Notes: a model not told the origin generated them from the letters alone. A stretch of DNA of 64,000 nt from Eledone cirrhosa (GCA_964016885.1 OZ024758.1:30318001-30382000); one strand, 5' to 3'; counted from the stretch's first letter, positions 10,876 to 23,006 are shown. Made by a program: numbers and translations.

Positions 10876-11508
10876 ACGAATCTCGCTGAAATTATATTTG
10901 TATTAATCTCCCGAGTCTAACAATTAACCAGTTATTTTTTTTAGATAATTCTATTGACTGATTAATTGCTTAAGTTTATTTTAAAAAACTACCTGGTCGA
11001 GAGCTTAATTCGATTTGTGCAGTTTTTGCAATTATTGCATTAATTTTATACTTACTGAATTCATCTGCCAAAATCTGGGTTTTCTTCCTTGAAGAGTTAC
11101 ACACGTGGTTTTACCACTACATACCACTGTGTGATTATGAACGCTGGCGTAGAACAAAACACCTGTTGACGAAGTGACAGTCTTGTTTGATCATTATACT
11201 ACAAGGTTATTATTTTAAACAGGCAGTATAATTTATTTAGGTGTCCCACGAAACCCTGTACTGGATTATACCATCTTTTCCAAGGGCCCGGGTAAATATT
11301 TCAATTATTTTGTTTGACCTGTTTGGCTTGCCTCGTCTTTTTGGATTAAGTGATTGATGGCTTCTTGACCGCCATCTCAGTTTGTTTGGCCTTTATAACC
11401 TATGTTTATTGCTCTGGTCTTTATTTGGTCCATGGAGCGCTTGCCAGCATAACTCGGATATTGCGTTCCGCTTTGTTTTCGACCACAGCCGAAATACGAA
11501 TCTCGCTG

Positions 11509-11515
<7 letters not shown>
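10876..11515 (+). repeat. (TA)n-flanked dispersed element with short direct terminal repeat; diverged copy at 15405-15770
   Basis: tacgaatctcgctgaaattata occurs at both ends (10876 and 11494); 11160-11515 aligns by eye with 15418-15770. Confidence 0.55.
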
Positions 11516-11549
<34 letters not shown>

Positions 11550-11632
11550 TAAAATATATAAATTATATATATGTATATATATGTATATATATATATGTAT
11601 ATGTATGTATGTATATATATGTGTATATGTAT

Positions 11633-12130
11633 ATGAATACTATGAATATAGCCCAGAATATTGCTAGAATTAATAATAGGAATTTAAAATTAAACCCAAC
11701 CGAAGTAAACCCAAATAACAATAACAATATAATTAATAACATTACGAATAATAATAATAGTGAATACATGAATAATAATACGGTATCTTTAAATAACAAT
11801 ATAAGGAAATGTAATTGCAGAAATAACATCTTATGCCCTTTACAGAATAATTGCCTTGATAGAAATTTAGTCTATAAATGCACCATAAAAACTAGGGATA
11901 ATTATATAACTATATAGGAGCAACTTCTTCAAAATTTAAGGAGCGTTGGTGTAATCATAAACATACTTTCAAACCTCACTATCACAATTAATTTTGTCTT
12001 TAAAAGACAATAACAATGACTATTCAATCTCTTGGAGAAAAATGTCGAATGCGGCGGTTTACCAAAATATGGCTCTCTCTCGAATTTGTCATGTCTGTAT
12101 TGAAGAAATCTTTCATATAATTACCAATCT
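11633..12130 (+). pseudogene. Decayed Penelope-like element ORF C-terminus: linker plus GIY-YIG endonuclease (Neptune-like Cys pattern)
   Basis: NIAQNIARINNRNL ... CNCRNNILCPLQNNCLDRNLVYKCTI / frameshift / YIGATSSKFKERWCNHKHTF ... LSLKDNNNDYSISW ... CHVCIEEIFHI; truncated by a SINE at 12142. Confidence 0.85.
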
Positions 12131-12970
12131 TGGTAATATTATTGACTTTGCCTTTCATCCTTACGGGGTCGATAAAATAAAGTACCAGTAATGCACTGGG
12201 TAATTGCTGACCTTGTGCCTAAAGTAGAAACAATTATTAACAAAAAAAAAAGGAAATATTTAATTCTTGTTTGCATCGATTCTCCAGAACATTTCACAAT
12301 GTTTATAATTTATAGAACCTACTACACCATGGTCTGTGTAAGTTGCCTATGTACAATATACTTTTTAAATGTTTTTAAATTTAATACATTGAAATATTTT
12401 TTATACGATGTAAAAAAACTATTATCAAAACCATATTTACTATATGGTGCTCTGAAATCTTATATTAATTATTTACTTATATTATAATATAGATTATAAT
12501 TAATTATTAGGTTAAACATTAGATGAAACAATATATTATTAAATGTCTATCGTAAGCTTTCTTTAAAATACTAAATATTAGAGTTATCTCACCAAAAATT
12601 TCTTTGTTTACAAATCACATATACGAGATATTTCAACTTGCATAACTGTTTAAATATTATTTTACTAACCATATGCAATAATAGATTATACCATACTACT
12701 ATACATTTTACTTTAAAAATATAATTACTTTCACATTTCTAAAGTATATGTATAAAATACATATATATTATTACTTGATCTCTCCTACGCTCATTTATAA
12801 ATCTAAATAAGATCTTTATTCATGCATAATCATTTATGTACTAAATAATTATTTATTTTTTAGATAACGATATCTTATAATGTCTTATACTGCAATACAT
12901 TATATTTATAACTACATTAATAGTACTAAAATATAGCAAAAAAATAAATGCATTAGTGTATATCACATAT

Positions 12971-14135
12971 TGGTGAATTGGCAGTATCGGTGGAGAGTCG
13001 AACGCCATGCTAGGGCGGTGGATTGGCAGTATCGGTGGAGAGTCGAATGTCATGCTAGGGCGGTGGATTGGCAGTATCGGTGGAGAGTCGGACGCCATGC
13101 TAGGGTGGTGGATTGGCAGTATCGGTGGAGAGTCGGACGCCATGCTAGGGCGGTGAATTGGCAGTATCGGTGGAGAGTCGGACGCCATGCTAGGGCGGTG
13201 AATTGGCAGTATCGGTGGAGAGTCGAATGTCATGCTAGGGCGGTGGATTGGCAGTATCGGTAGAGGGTCGGACGCCATGCTAGGGTGGTGAATTGGCAGT
13301 ATCGGTGGAGAGTCGAATGTCATGCTAGGGCGGTGAATTGGCAGTATCGGTGGAGAGTCGGACGCCATGCTAGGGTGGTGGATTGGCAGTATCGGTGGAG
13401 AGTCGGACGCCATGCTAGGGCGGTGAATTGGCAGTATCGGTGGAGAGTCGGACGCCATGCTAGGGCGGTGAATTGGCAGTATCGGTGGAGAGTCGAATGT
13501 CATGCTAGGGCGGTGGATTGGCAGTATCGGTAGAGGGTCGGACGCCATGCTAGGGTGGTGAATTGGCAGTATCGGTGGAGAGTCGGACGCCATGCTAGGG
13601 CGGTGAATTGGCAGTATCGGTGGAGAGTCGAATGTCATGCTAGGGCGGTGAATTGGCAGTATCGGTGGAGAGTCGAACGCCATGCTAGGGCGGTGAATTG
13701 GCAGTATCGGTGGAGAGTCGAACGCCATGCTAGGGCGGTGAATTGGCAGTATCGGTGGAGAGTCGGACGCCATGCTAGGGCGGTGGGTTGGCAGTATCGG
13801 TGGAGAGTCGGACGCCATGCTAGGGCGGTGAATTGGCAGTATCGGTGGAGAGTCGAATGTCATGCTAGGGCGGTGAATTGGCAGTATCGGTGGAGAGTCG
13901 GACGCCATGCTAGGGCGGTGAATTGGCAGTATCGGTGGAGAGTCGAATGTCATGCTAGGGCGGTGGACTGGCAGTATCGGTGGAGAGTCGGACGCCATGC
14001 TAGGGCGGTGGGTTGGCAGTATCGGTGGAGAGTCGGACGCCATGCTAGGGCGGTGAATTGGCAGTATCGGTGGAGAGTCGAATGTCATGCTAGGGCGGTG
14101 AATTGGCAGTATCGGTGGAGAGTCAGACGCCATGC
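12971..14135 (+). repeat. 45-bp minisatellite x ~26 made of the SINE 5' head (A box)
   Basis: Unit gggcggtgaattggcagtatcggtggagagtcggacgccatgcta equals the first 45 nt of the SINE. Confidence 0.95.
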
Positions 14136-14282
14136 TTTCCAGCATAGTTACATCTCTTTACGGTCTGAGTTCAAATCCCGCCGAAGTTAACTTTGCCTTT
14201 CATCCTTACGGGGTCGATAAAATAAAGTACCAGTAATGTACTGGGTAATTGCTGGCCTTGTGCCAAAAGTAGAAACAATTAT
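14093..14282 (+). mobile_element. Full Meta-domain SINE terminating the 45-bp array
   Basis: A box, B box GTTCAAATCC, core and tail. Confidence 0.9.
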
Positions 14283-14715
14283 TTTGTTGTAATTGCTGTA
14301 ACGAAGTAATAGTTTTACAATTTAATACAATACATTACAATTCTCATCTAAATATTATAAATACATCCATATTATTAAAATATATATTAATAAATAAATA
14401 AATAAGTATAATTATGTGATTCCTTCTTAACTCGTGTATATATCTTTGGGTGTATATATGTATGTTTCTATAACTAACTCTAAAATAACTCTACAATAAT
14501 TTTTCAACCTATAATAGCAAACCCATATATAAAAAAATTTAAATAAGTATTTAAAATTTATCTAGCGTCTAAACTTAACGGCTTTTTTTCAGTTTTAACG
14601 TTATCCTCATTAGCATATTTCCTTTGAGTTTTGAACCTTTCAATTCACTATCTTCACTGGACTCATACCATTAAGTTCATATGAAGATATGTCACTATCT
14701 TTACGCCAAATATTG

Positions 14716-14776
14716 TATTTTATCTGACGAAAGCGTACTAAAATATTAGTTCCCTTGAAATACGTATAATAAAATA
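14716..14776 (+). ncRNA. Type I hammerhead ribozyme (family A variant)
   Basis: tattttat-CTGACGA-aagCgtactaa...ttagttcCctt-GAAA-tacgtaTA-ataaaata; stem III ATACGTAT keeps palindromy. Confidence 0.8.
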
Positions 14777-14819
14777 AATATGGTTTTATAAAGATATTTT
14801 CCATTTATTAATATTATTA

Positions 14820-15402
<583 letters not shown>

Positions 15403-15805
15403 GTTACAGAGCAGAATTACCTGTTGATAATGTGATATTCCTTTTTCGATCTTTATGCTGAAAGCTTATAGTTTCAAGCAGACTGTATTTTTGGTTTAGG
15501 TGTCATAGAAACCCTGCATTTGGATTTTACCACCAGTTTCATTTGGGTCCAGGTTTTTATAATTTATTTTGTTTGACCTGTTTAGCTTGATTTGTTTTTT
15601 TGGCTTAGGTGGTTAATGCCTTCTTAACCACTTTTTCAGTTTGTATGGCGTTTTAACATATTGTTTAGCTCTGTTTTTTAACTATTGAGCGGTTGCCACC
15701 ATTTCTACGATTTTGCGTTTCGTTTCGCTTTTTCTACCTGCCGAAATACTATTATAGCTGAATTATATTTGCACACACACACACACACGCACACGCACAC
15801 GCACA

Positions 15806-15880
<75 letters not shown>

Positions 15881-16026
15881 CCGTATATTATCTGTCTGTA
15901 TGTCTGTCTGTCTGCATTACGACATTATGAAAACGTCATCACGAACCAAAGTATCGTCTTCCTGTTTTCCTTCGGTTGCAACGTTTTTCGAAATATTTAC
16001 TTCTGCGTTCACAGATTGATTTTTTT

Positions 16027-16077
16027 AGTTTCAGAAGATCCCGTTATGGGTGAAAGCAGCGATTCTTTGCTTAAACT
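16027..16077 (+). ncRNA. Hammerhead-like motif with CAGAAGA core variant
   Basis: agttt-CAGAAGA-tcccgttatgggt-GAAA-gca...tgcTT-aaact. Confidence 0.5.
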
Positions 16078-16086
16078 TTAATGTTA

Positions 16087-16122
<36 letters not shown>

Positions 16123-16587
16123 TATATTCGTGTACAGATATTTTTGCATACACAAAAACAAAATATAAACAAACGTATTTATTTCACGAAAGCACAGACA
16201 GCTTATCGCCATTGTTACTGCCGATATGCCACCCAAAAAGTCCCACTACTTTTGGCACAAGGCCAGCAATTACATAGTCAACGGTTTGGAAATTACAGGC
16301 ATCAGTGACGAGTTTAGTCCTTACTCTACCAGTTAGTCTTAGTGTACTTCGTCCTGCTTTTAGGTCATGCCTCGAAGGAAGAGATACTCCATTGGCCGAA
16401 ATACTGCGAAAGCAGCAAGAAAAAGAACAAGGCGGGTAAACGAATGGTCAGTGGAATGTGCTATTGGACGGTCGCAAGGCCGAGGTATTCCGTACTTCTC
16501 TGTACTGTTTCAGAAACGAAGGATAAACACCCCAATCTATGTTTAGAATCCCGAGCAACGCCGGGCCATTCTGCTAGTACACACACG

Positions 16588-16692
<105 letters not shown>

Positions 16693-17297
16693 GAGGGTCG
16701 GTTGAAATGTTCAAAGGCTGACCAAGATACTCTCAGGGAATGACCAAATGAATTTATTTTTCAACATAGTCCCTGGAAAGAAACAGTGCAGTTATTAATA
16801 AGAAGAGTTTAAATTAATGCATGCAAGATTTCACAGCTCTAGCATCACTCCTTCATAGTCACCCTTGAACTTTTCAGCTTTTTGTAACTTACCCCGGGTT
16901 CATGCTTTGCTAGGCTTTAAACACCCCTATTAGACCGAAAATTGTCTATTTGAACTCACCTGAAAGTTAGGTTCTTACCTAACATTTAATACGATACTAA
17001 AACATAAATCTTTTCACCAATTTGAAATGAAAATTCAATTTTGCAACATTCAACACTCCTGTCGTAGTAAATCTAGGAATATTACATATAATAAAATGAC
17101 GATTTATTTAGCTGCAGATATTTTTCTAATCATATTTAATACAACTGAAACTAAAACTAAACACAAAATTCAAGAATGAGAAGTAAAGTAGATATATTTT
17201 AATGTCTTCTTTTCATAATGTAATATGTGGAAATAACATTAATGTACACAGAAAACATATATATAATAATGTGCGCATAGAAAACATATAAATATAG

Positions 17298-17380
<83 letters not shown>

Positions 17381-17406
17381 TATATATGAATATATTTATC
17401 TATATA

Positions 17407-17442
<36 letters not shown>

Positions 17443-17446
<4 letters not shown>

Positions 17447-18007
17447 TAAAATTAGTCCTTCATCAGTGATCTTCCAACTTTCATTGGTATTTCATCGCTT
17501 TAAAAATCATATACCTCTGGTTGGTACGAGCAATAACAAATAAAGTTATTGGGACAAGTAAAATAGGGTGAAACGAGCGAGACATGTAAACAAACAACGA
17601 TGGTATGGCAACGGAAAGATAGGAAGAGACAAGCACATGAAATCTGTAAGCTTAAGCTTGGTGAATTCATGGGCAAGAGATACAGACCATCCGACATGGG
17701 TGAGATGTGAGCGAGAAAAGGATTTCACACAGGTCAAACGGGAGGAAGTGAGAGAGGGGGAGAAGCAGAGAGTGAGTGAGTGAAAGTGTGAGGAAGAGAC
17801 CAGAGATAGTGTGACTGGCAGAGGGGGTAAAAAGAGGAGAGAGATACAGAGACAGGGGGGAAGTAGTAAGAAAGAAACAGACAATCGCAGCTGAGGAAAA
17901 AATATAAATATGAGAAAAATGGAGCGCTGCGTGGTTGCACATGGGTTACATATGAATAAAATTAGTCCTTCATCAGTGATCTTCCAACTTTCATTGGTAT
18001 TTCATCG
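17443..18007 (-). mobile_element. (TA)n-flanked PLE-like remnant with partial direct repeat, carrying a permuted hammerhead
   Basis: 17443-17497 repeated at 17951-18006; homologous to 49103-49492. Confidence 0.65.
17451..17524 (-). ncRNA. Candidate non-circularly permuted hammerhead
   Basis: Minus: ccaac..ggta-TA-tgattt-ttaaagcgat-GAAA-tacc..gttgg-a-agatca-CTGATGA-agga. Confidence 0.6.
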
Positions 18008-18028
18008 ATATATATATATATATATATA

Positions 18029-18952
18029 TGAAATATAAGAATCAAAGTACTGTTCAAAACATTTTTGTGCTTACAACTGTTTCCTTCAAACCGAGGTTTG
18101 GATTCTTCGGAGCAATTTATTAATGAATGAACAGTTATATGACCTCCTTTTCACCCAAGAGACATACAGATACATATGCAAATATTGTGGGTCAACATTC
18201 ATTACAGTATTTAGAGTGGCAGTACACACTTAGAGATTACATTCATATTAAAAGGTACAATCAAAAATCAAAAATACAGGTTAAAATACAACATGAAAAT
18301 AAGCGGTTATATAGTGCAAATGTTATATGTGTGGCAAGCACGTGCGTCTTGTTTATATAGTGTGGCAGAGAGTTACGTGTAGTAGAAGCATTTAGGTAGG
18401 TAAACAAGAGTGTTAGGTTGGTTGATCTGGTGGCAAATTCTTTATATGATTGTTATAGTCTGTGTGTGGAGAAATGATATAAGCATTAAAAATAGTGCAA
18501 TCATTAAAAATATTAAAAGTATTGGAAATGCACCGCGAAGGGATGATATGGACTTCATGTACTTCGACATTTTCATGGTCAGGGGAGTGTATTTTTCAGA
18601 TTATATGCCCCTCACATAATCCACGACAATTCGATATTGAGCGTTTGACAATCCAGTTAGAGAATCGTAGTCTGATGTTCTTTAGTTCAATACAGGAGGC
18701 TGTTACGTTTCGAGAATCGACATTGAATACTACCCGGAAGTGTGTGTGTGGCTAAGGGTGAAAAGGAGGTCATATAACTGTCCATTCATTAATAAATTGC
18801 TCCGAAGAATCCAAACCTCGGTTTGGAGGAAACAGTTGTAAGCACAAAAATGTTTTGAACAGTTCTTTGATTCTTATATTTCATATAACTGCTCTGTAAA
18901 TCATCTGATGCTTTTACATTGAGCTACTTAACTTACTGGTAATAAGGTAGTA
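18029..18952. mobile_element. PLE remnant family F: ~130 bp inverted arms around a 600 bp spacer, plus 3' extension
   Basis: 18029-18156 is the reverse complement of 18756-18886; the extension also recurs at 28378-28447 (minus). Confidence 0.75.
18798..18844 (+). ncRNA. Hammerhead motif with CCGAAGA core variant (mirror at ~18068-18114)
   Basis: tgct-CCGAAGA-atccaaacctcggtttggag-GAAA-cagttgTA-agca. Confidence 0.6.
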
Positions 18953-19049
18953 ATATATTACTGCCTACCACTATTTAGGGTTTGTATAAAAAAATACATA
19001 TAACTGCAAAAGGTTTTTGTATTTACATAACCATAAATAGTATAATTAA

Positions 19050-19094
<45 letters not shown>

Positions 19095-19171
19095 GGAAAA
19101 CGAGAGTGCTCAACCGGCATACCTCCCATGGAAGCATCTTAGCTACCATTAGTCATTTATATATATATATA

Positions 19172-19413
19172 TGTATAAATATTTTGTATCTCCAAAGAAA
19201 TACAGTTTTAGGAAGCCGTAGCTATGCAAACACCGAGGATGGTGATGTCCGGCGAGGGACCGTCCTGACGAAGGCCAGTTAAGCCTGAAATGCATAGACG
19301 GTTGTCCCCCTTGCTTCTGCTGGACATCACCAGAGGGCGTTAACCCCCCGGTGTTTGCATAACTACGGCTTTCTAAAACTGTATTTCTTTGGAGATACAA
19401 AATATTTATACAT
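19172..19413. mobile_element. Long fold-back PLE-like remnant with an apical hammerhead
   Basis: Arms 19172-19234 / 19348-19412 are inverted; inner ggtgatgtccggc / gctggacatcacc. Confidence 0.7.
19259..19302 (+). ncRNA. Canonical type I hammerhead ribozyme
   Basis: accgtc-CTGACGA-aggc cagttaa gcct-GAAA-tgcaTA-gacggt; all stems Watson-Crick; stem III ATGCAT palindrome. Confidence 0.9.
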
Positions 19414-19455
19414 ATTTTATAAAGCTATGCTTGAAGCGAAATCCTATTTCTTTCT

Positions 19456-19490
<35 letters not shown>

Positions 19491-20423
19491 GTATGTATAT
19501 ATCATCATCATCATCGTTTAACATCTATCTTCCACGCTATAAATACAAATCCATATATATACATAATACACACAGACACACACACACACATACTGTGGTG
19601 GACTGGTTCTAAAAATATTGGTTGCCAGGAGATAAAGGGTGCCCACCCACATATAGAATGCTATCATTTAATTTTTATAATGAATAAATAACATTTTCAA
19701 AAAATACATAAGTGAAAACGAAAGAGTGCAATAAATTTTTGCGGAAAAGAAATGTGTATTTTTTACTAATTATATTGTATATATGGTACATATTACTGGC
19801 AATATACAGTAATACTAAATGTTAATACAGAATGTTATAATTGAATTTTTAAATAAATTTTTGTGAATGTATAAAATACTGTTATTTCGAGTAGAGTATG
19901 CAAGTGACTGGTCTTAACTCCAATAAAAAATACCCACTTAATATATATATTTGGGAGTATGTGCATGGGTGTACATATACATATATAGATTTATATATCC
20001 AAAATTAAATTAAGGGTGTCATGTCTGAGAGACATGCGCCATATCCACTGTAGAATAAGCTCAAAGATTCCAATGAATAGATCCGAGCATTTTATATTAA
20101 CTAGAAATTGATTTACATATATATATATCTAAAATGAACACATGAAACAATCACAGGGAATAGCTTTGTGTGCTTACACACTTTACAAATTATCCCCTGC
20201 GATTGTTTCATATGTTTATTTTAGATATATAAATATATCAATCAATTTCTAGTTGATATAGATTTATATATATATATATGTATAAATACATGTTTTCAAC
20301 TTGTACCAAAATTATTTGATTCATTCTCACTTATGTATGCATGAAGGAGTCCAGTAAGCTAGACAACCAGTAATTCTAACTGTTAGAAAGACAAAAATGA
20401 ACGGGCTGACAAAAATAAGAAAA

Positions 20424-20456
<33 letters not shown>

Positions 20457-20457
20457 A

Positions 20458-20688
20458 ATGGAGGATGACCGATGGATGAAGAAGTGCCAGGAAATGCCAG
20501 TTGAAGGAAGACGTGGTAGAGGTAGACCACGAAAAACATGGGCGGAGGTGGTGAGAACAGACCTCAGATCGCTGAAGCTCACGGTGGAGATGACGAAGGA
20601 CTGTGACAAGTGGAGAGATGCTGTGCTGAATAAGACCCGTCCAACCCTTGCAAGAAGGGAAAAGCGGACGTAAAATGATGGTGATGAT
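20458..20688 (+). mobile_element. 3' end of the RTE LINE family of 1-877
   Basis: GRRGRGRPRKTW...WRDAV, stop, (GAT)-type tail; reverse-complement match to 1-185. Confidence 0.9.
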
Positions 20689-20785
20689 ATATATATATAT
20701 ATAATATATTAGCGTGAAACTGATATTAACATTTTGTACTTCCTCTTCGCTTCCTCCACGTTTTTTGTTTTCTATTTCAACTATA

Positions 20786-20870
<85 letters not shown>

Positions 20871-21144
20871 GGCTCACGCCAACTCTGACGTCTGTCTTCG
20901 TGAAACCTTTGGTAAATGGAATAATTAACTTATGTTGTTTATTACATAACTATCATCATCATCATCATTTTATGTCCACTTTTCCCTGCTTGCAAGGGTG
21001 GGACGGGAACTGATTTTGGCTTGATTTCTACAGCTGGATGTCCTTCCTAACACCAACCTCATTTACAGTGAGTGCTGGGTGCTTTTTTGCCGTGGCACCT
21101 CCACGACCACTTTGCAGTGGAATGATAGGGACCCCAGTCCCTAT

Positions 21145-21288
21145 CATCTCATTTCTACAGCTGAGTAAACTGGAGCAATGTGAAATAAAGTGTCTTGCTC
21201 AAGGAAACAACACATCACCCGGTCTGAGAATTGAACTCACAACCTTTCGATTGCAAGCCCAATGCTCTAACCACTAAGTCATGTGCCT
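21145..21288 (-). mobile_element. Second tRNA-derived SINE family, CORE-like (also 4575-4890 +, 27150-27290 -, 47300-47630 -, 62305-62400 +)
   Basis: Shared ccttgagcaagacactttatttcac motif downstream of a B-box-like gttc(a/g)att. Confidence 0.7.
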
Positions 21289-21308
21289 CTCTCTCTCTCT
21301 ATATATAT

Positions 21309-21560
21309 AAGGAAAAAAAAATGAAATCGAAAATGCAACTGGAGTCTTTTTTTTTTAAATATATTTATTTGGTTCCTTTACCGGTTTCGCAGTTCTTGTG
21401 CTTTTCAAAAGTAGAATTGAGATGGAGGGTTTGTGGTTTTTCTCCATCTCAATTCTACTTTTGAAAAGCACAAGAACTGCGAAACCAGTAGAGGAACCAA
21501 ATAAATATATTTAAAAAAAAAGACTCCAGTTGCATTTTCGATTTCATCTTTTTTCCTTAT
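21309..21560. mobile_element. Palindromic PLE-like remnant with UUGAAAA-core hammerhead (21373-21416 minus)
   Basis: ~120 bp inverted arms; minus: ctt-TTGAAAA-gca caagaac tgc-GAAA-ccggTA-aag. Confidence 0.55.
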
Positions 21561-21616
21561 ACTTTCATACGTGTAGGACACCTCGTTTTTTTTTTCATTT
21601 TGTAAAAAAACCTCAC

Positions 21617-21675
<59 letters not shown>

Positions 21676-21764
21676 AAAAGTTATGAAACGAAAGGAGCTG
21701 TGTGGTTACTAAAAACAAGGTTTAGGATGGTGGTTAGGACGGAACAGGAGGAGAAAGGAAGAAA

Positions 21765-21833
21765 GGAGTTTCCATCGTCAGCTGTAAATGTTTCCCGAAC
21801 CGATGTTTCGGCGCTGAATTACAGGACATCGGT
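21765..21833 (-). ncRNA. Candidate non-circularly permuted hammerhead (best-preserved copy, GUC site)
   Basis: Minus: accgatg-TC-ctgtaa-ttcagcgcc-GAAA-catcggt-tcgggaaacat-ttacag-CTGACGA-t-ggaaactcc. Confidence 0.7.
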
Positions 21834-22040
21834 GTAGTTCAAAAGGCCAGGTGGAAAAGGAAAACCAAAGAGAGAAAAGGAGGGAGAAAAGAGAAAGGAG
21901 GAAGAACAGGGAGGAAAAAGATGAGAAGAGAGGAAGAAATAGGAAAGGAATAGGAGAAAAAAAGCGTACAGGTCGCATCGTGGGAAGACACAGGTGAAAG
22001 AAACATGCATAAAAGTACGGGTGAAAAAAAAAAATATAAC

Positions 22041-22219
22041 CAGAAGGGATATTCAATTTGTTGGTAATACAACAAATATAAATGTTTATAACTGATTCAG
22101 AGCACTCTACAGATTTTCTGGAGTATAATATGCAATGATATTAAATAAATGGAAACTATATTTAGTTATAGAATAAATATGGTTTTATAAATATAGTTTC
22201 CATTTATTTAATATCATTG
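22041..22219. mobile_element. PLE family A terminal remnant
   Basis: Reverse complement of 62790-62930 followed by a short mirror arm. Confidence 0.7.
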
Positions 22220-22222
22220 TAT

Positions 22223-22254
<32 letters not shown>

Positions 22255-22255
22255 A

Positions 22256-22341
<86 letters not shown>

Positions 22342-22718
22342 ATATATATATATGTATTTTTTATATATATATATATTTTTTTTTTTGTATTTTTTCCCAG
22401 TTCTCTGATGAAATGATAAAGGTTACCTGTATTTTAAATTGAGTGCCACTAACTTCAGTGTTTAACAATCTTTAGACAACTCTATCACAGAAACAATTGT
22501 TAGACTGTAAATAAATTTCCTTGTTTGTACTGTTGACCTTGTTTTCACTTTTTCAATTTTACTACTCCAAGATAAACTTACATAGGAATACAAGTGAAGT
22601 CAATAACTCGTCATCCACGTAAACCTCTTGTTGAGTCACACAGCACCGTACGCTTAAACTATCCATGATAAGTAGTTTTCACAACCTCTTATCGGATTAC
22701 CTTTAACGATATATTGTT

Positions 22719-23006
<288 letters not shown>

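Noticed and set aside
12853-14190. 430 aa and 211 aa repetitive ORFs
   Set aside because: Translations of the 45-bp SINE-head array
16540-16578. Helitron-like 3' end (cccg..cggg hairpin then CTAG; similar at 51400-51428)
   Set aside because: Too short, and no 5' end or Rep/Hel sequence could be delimited
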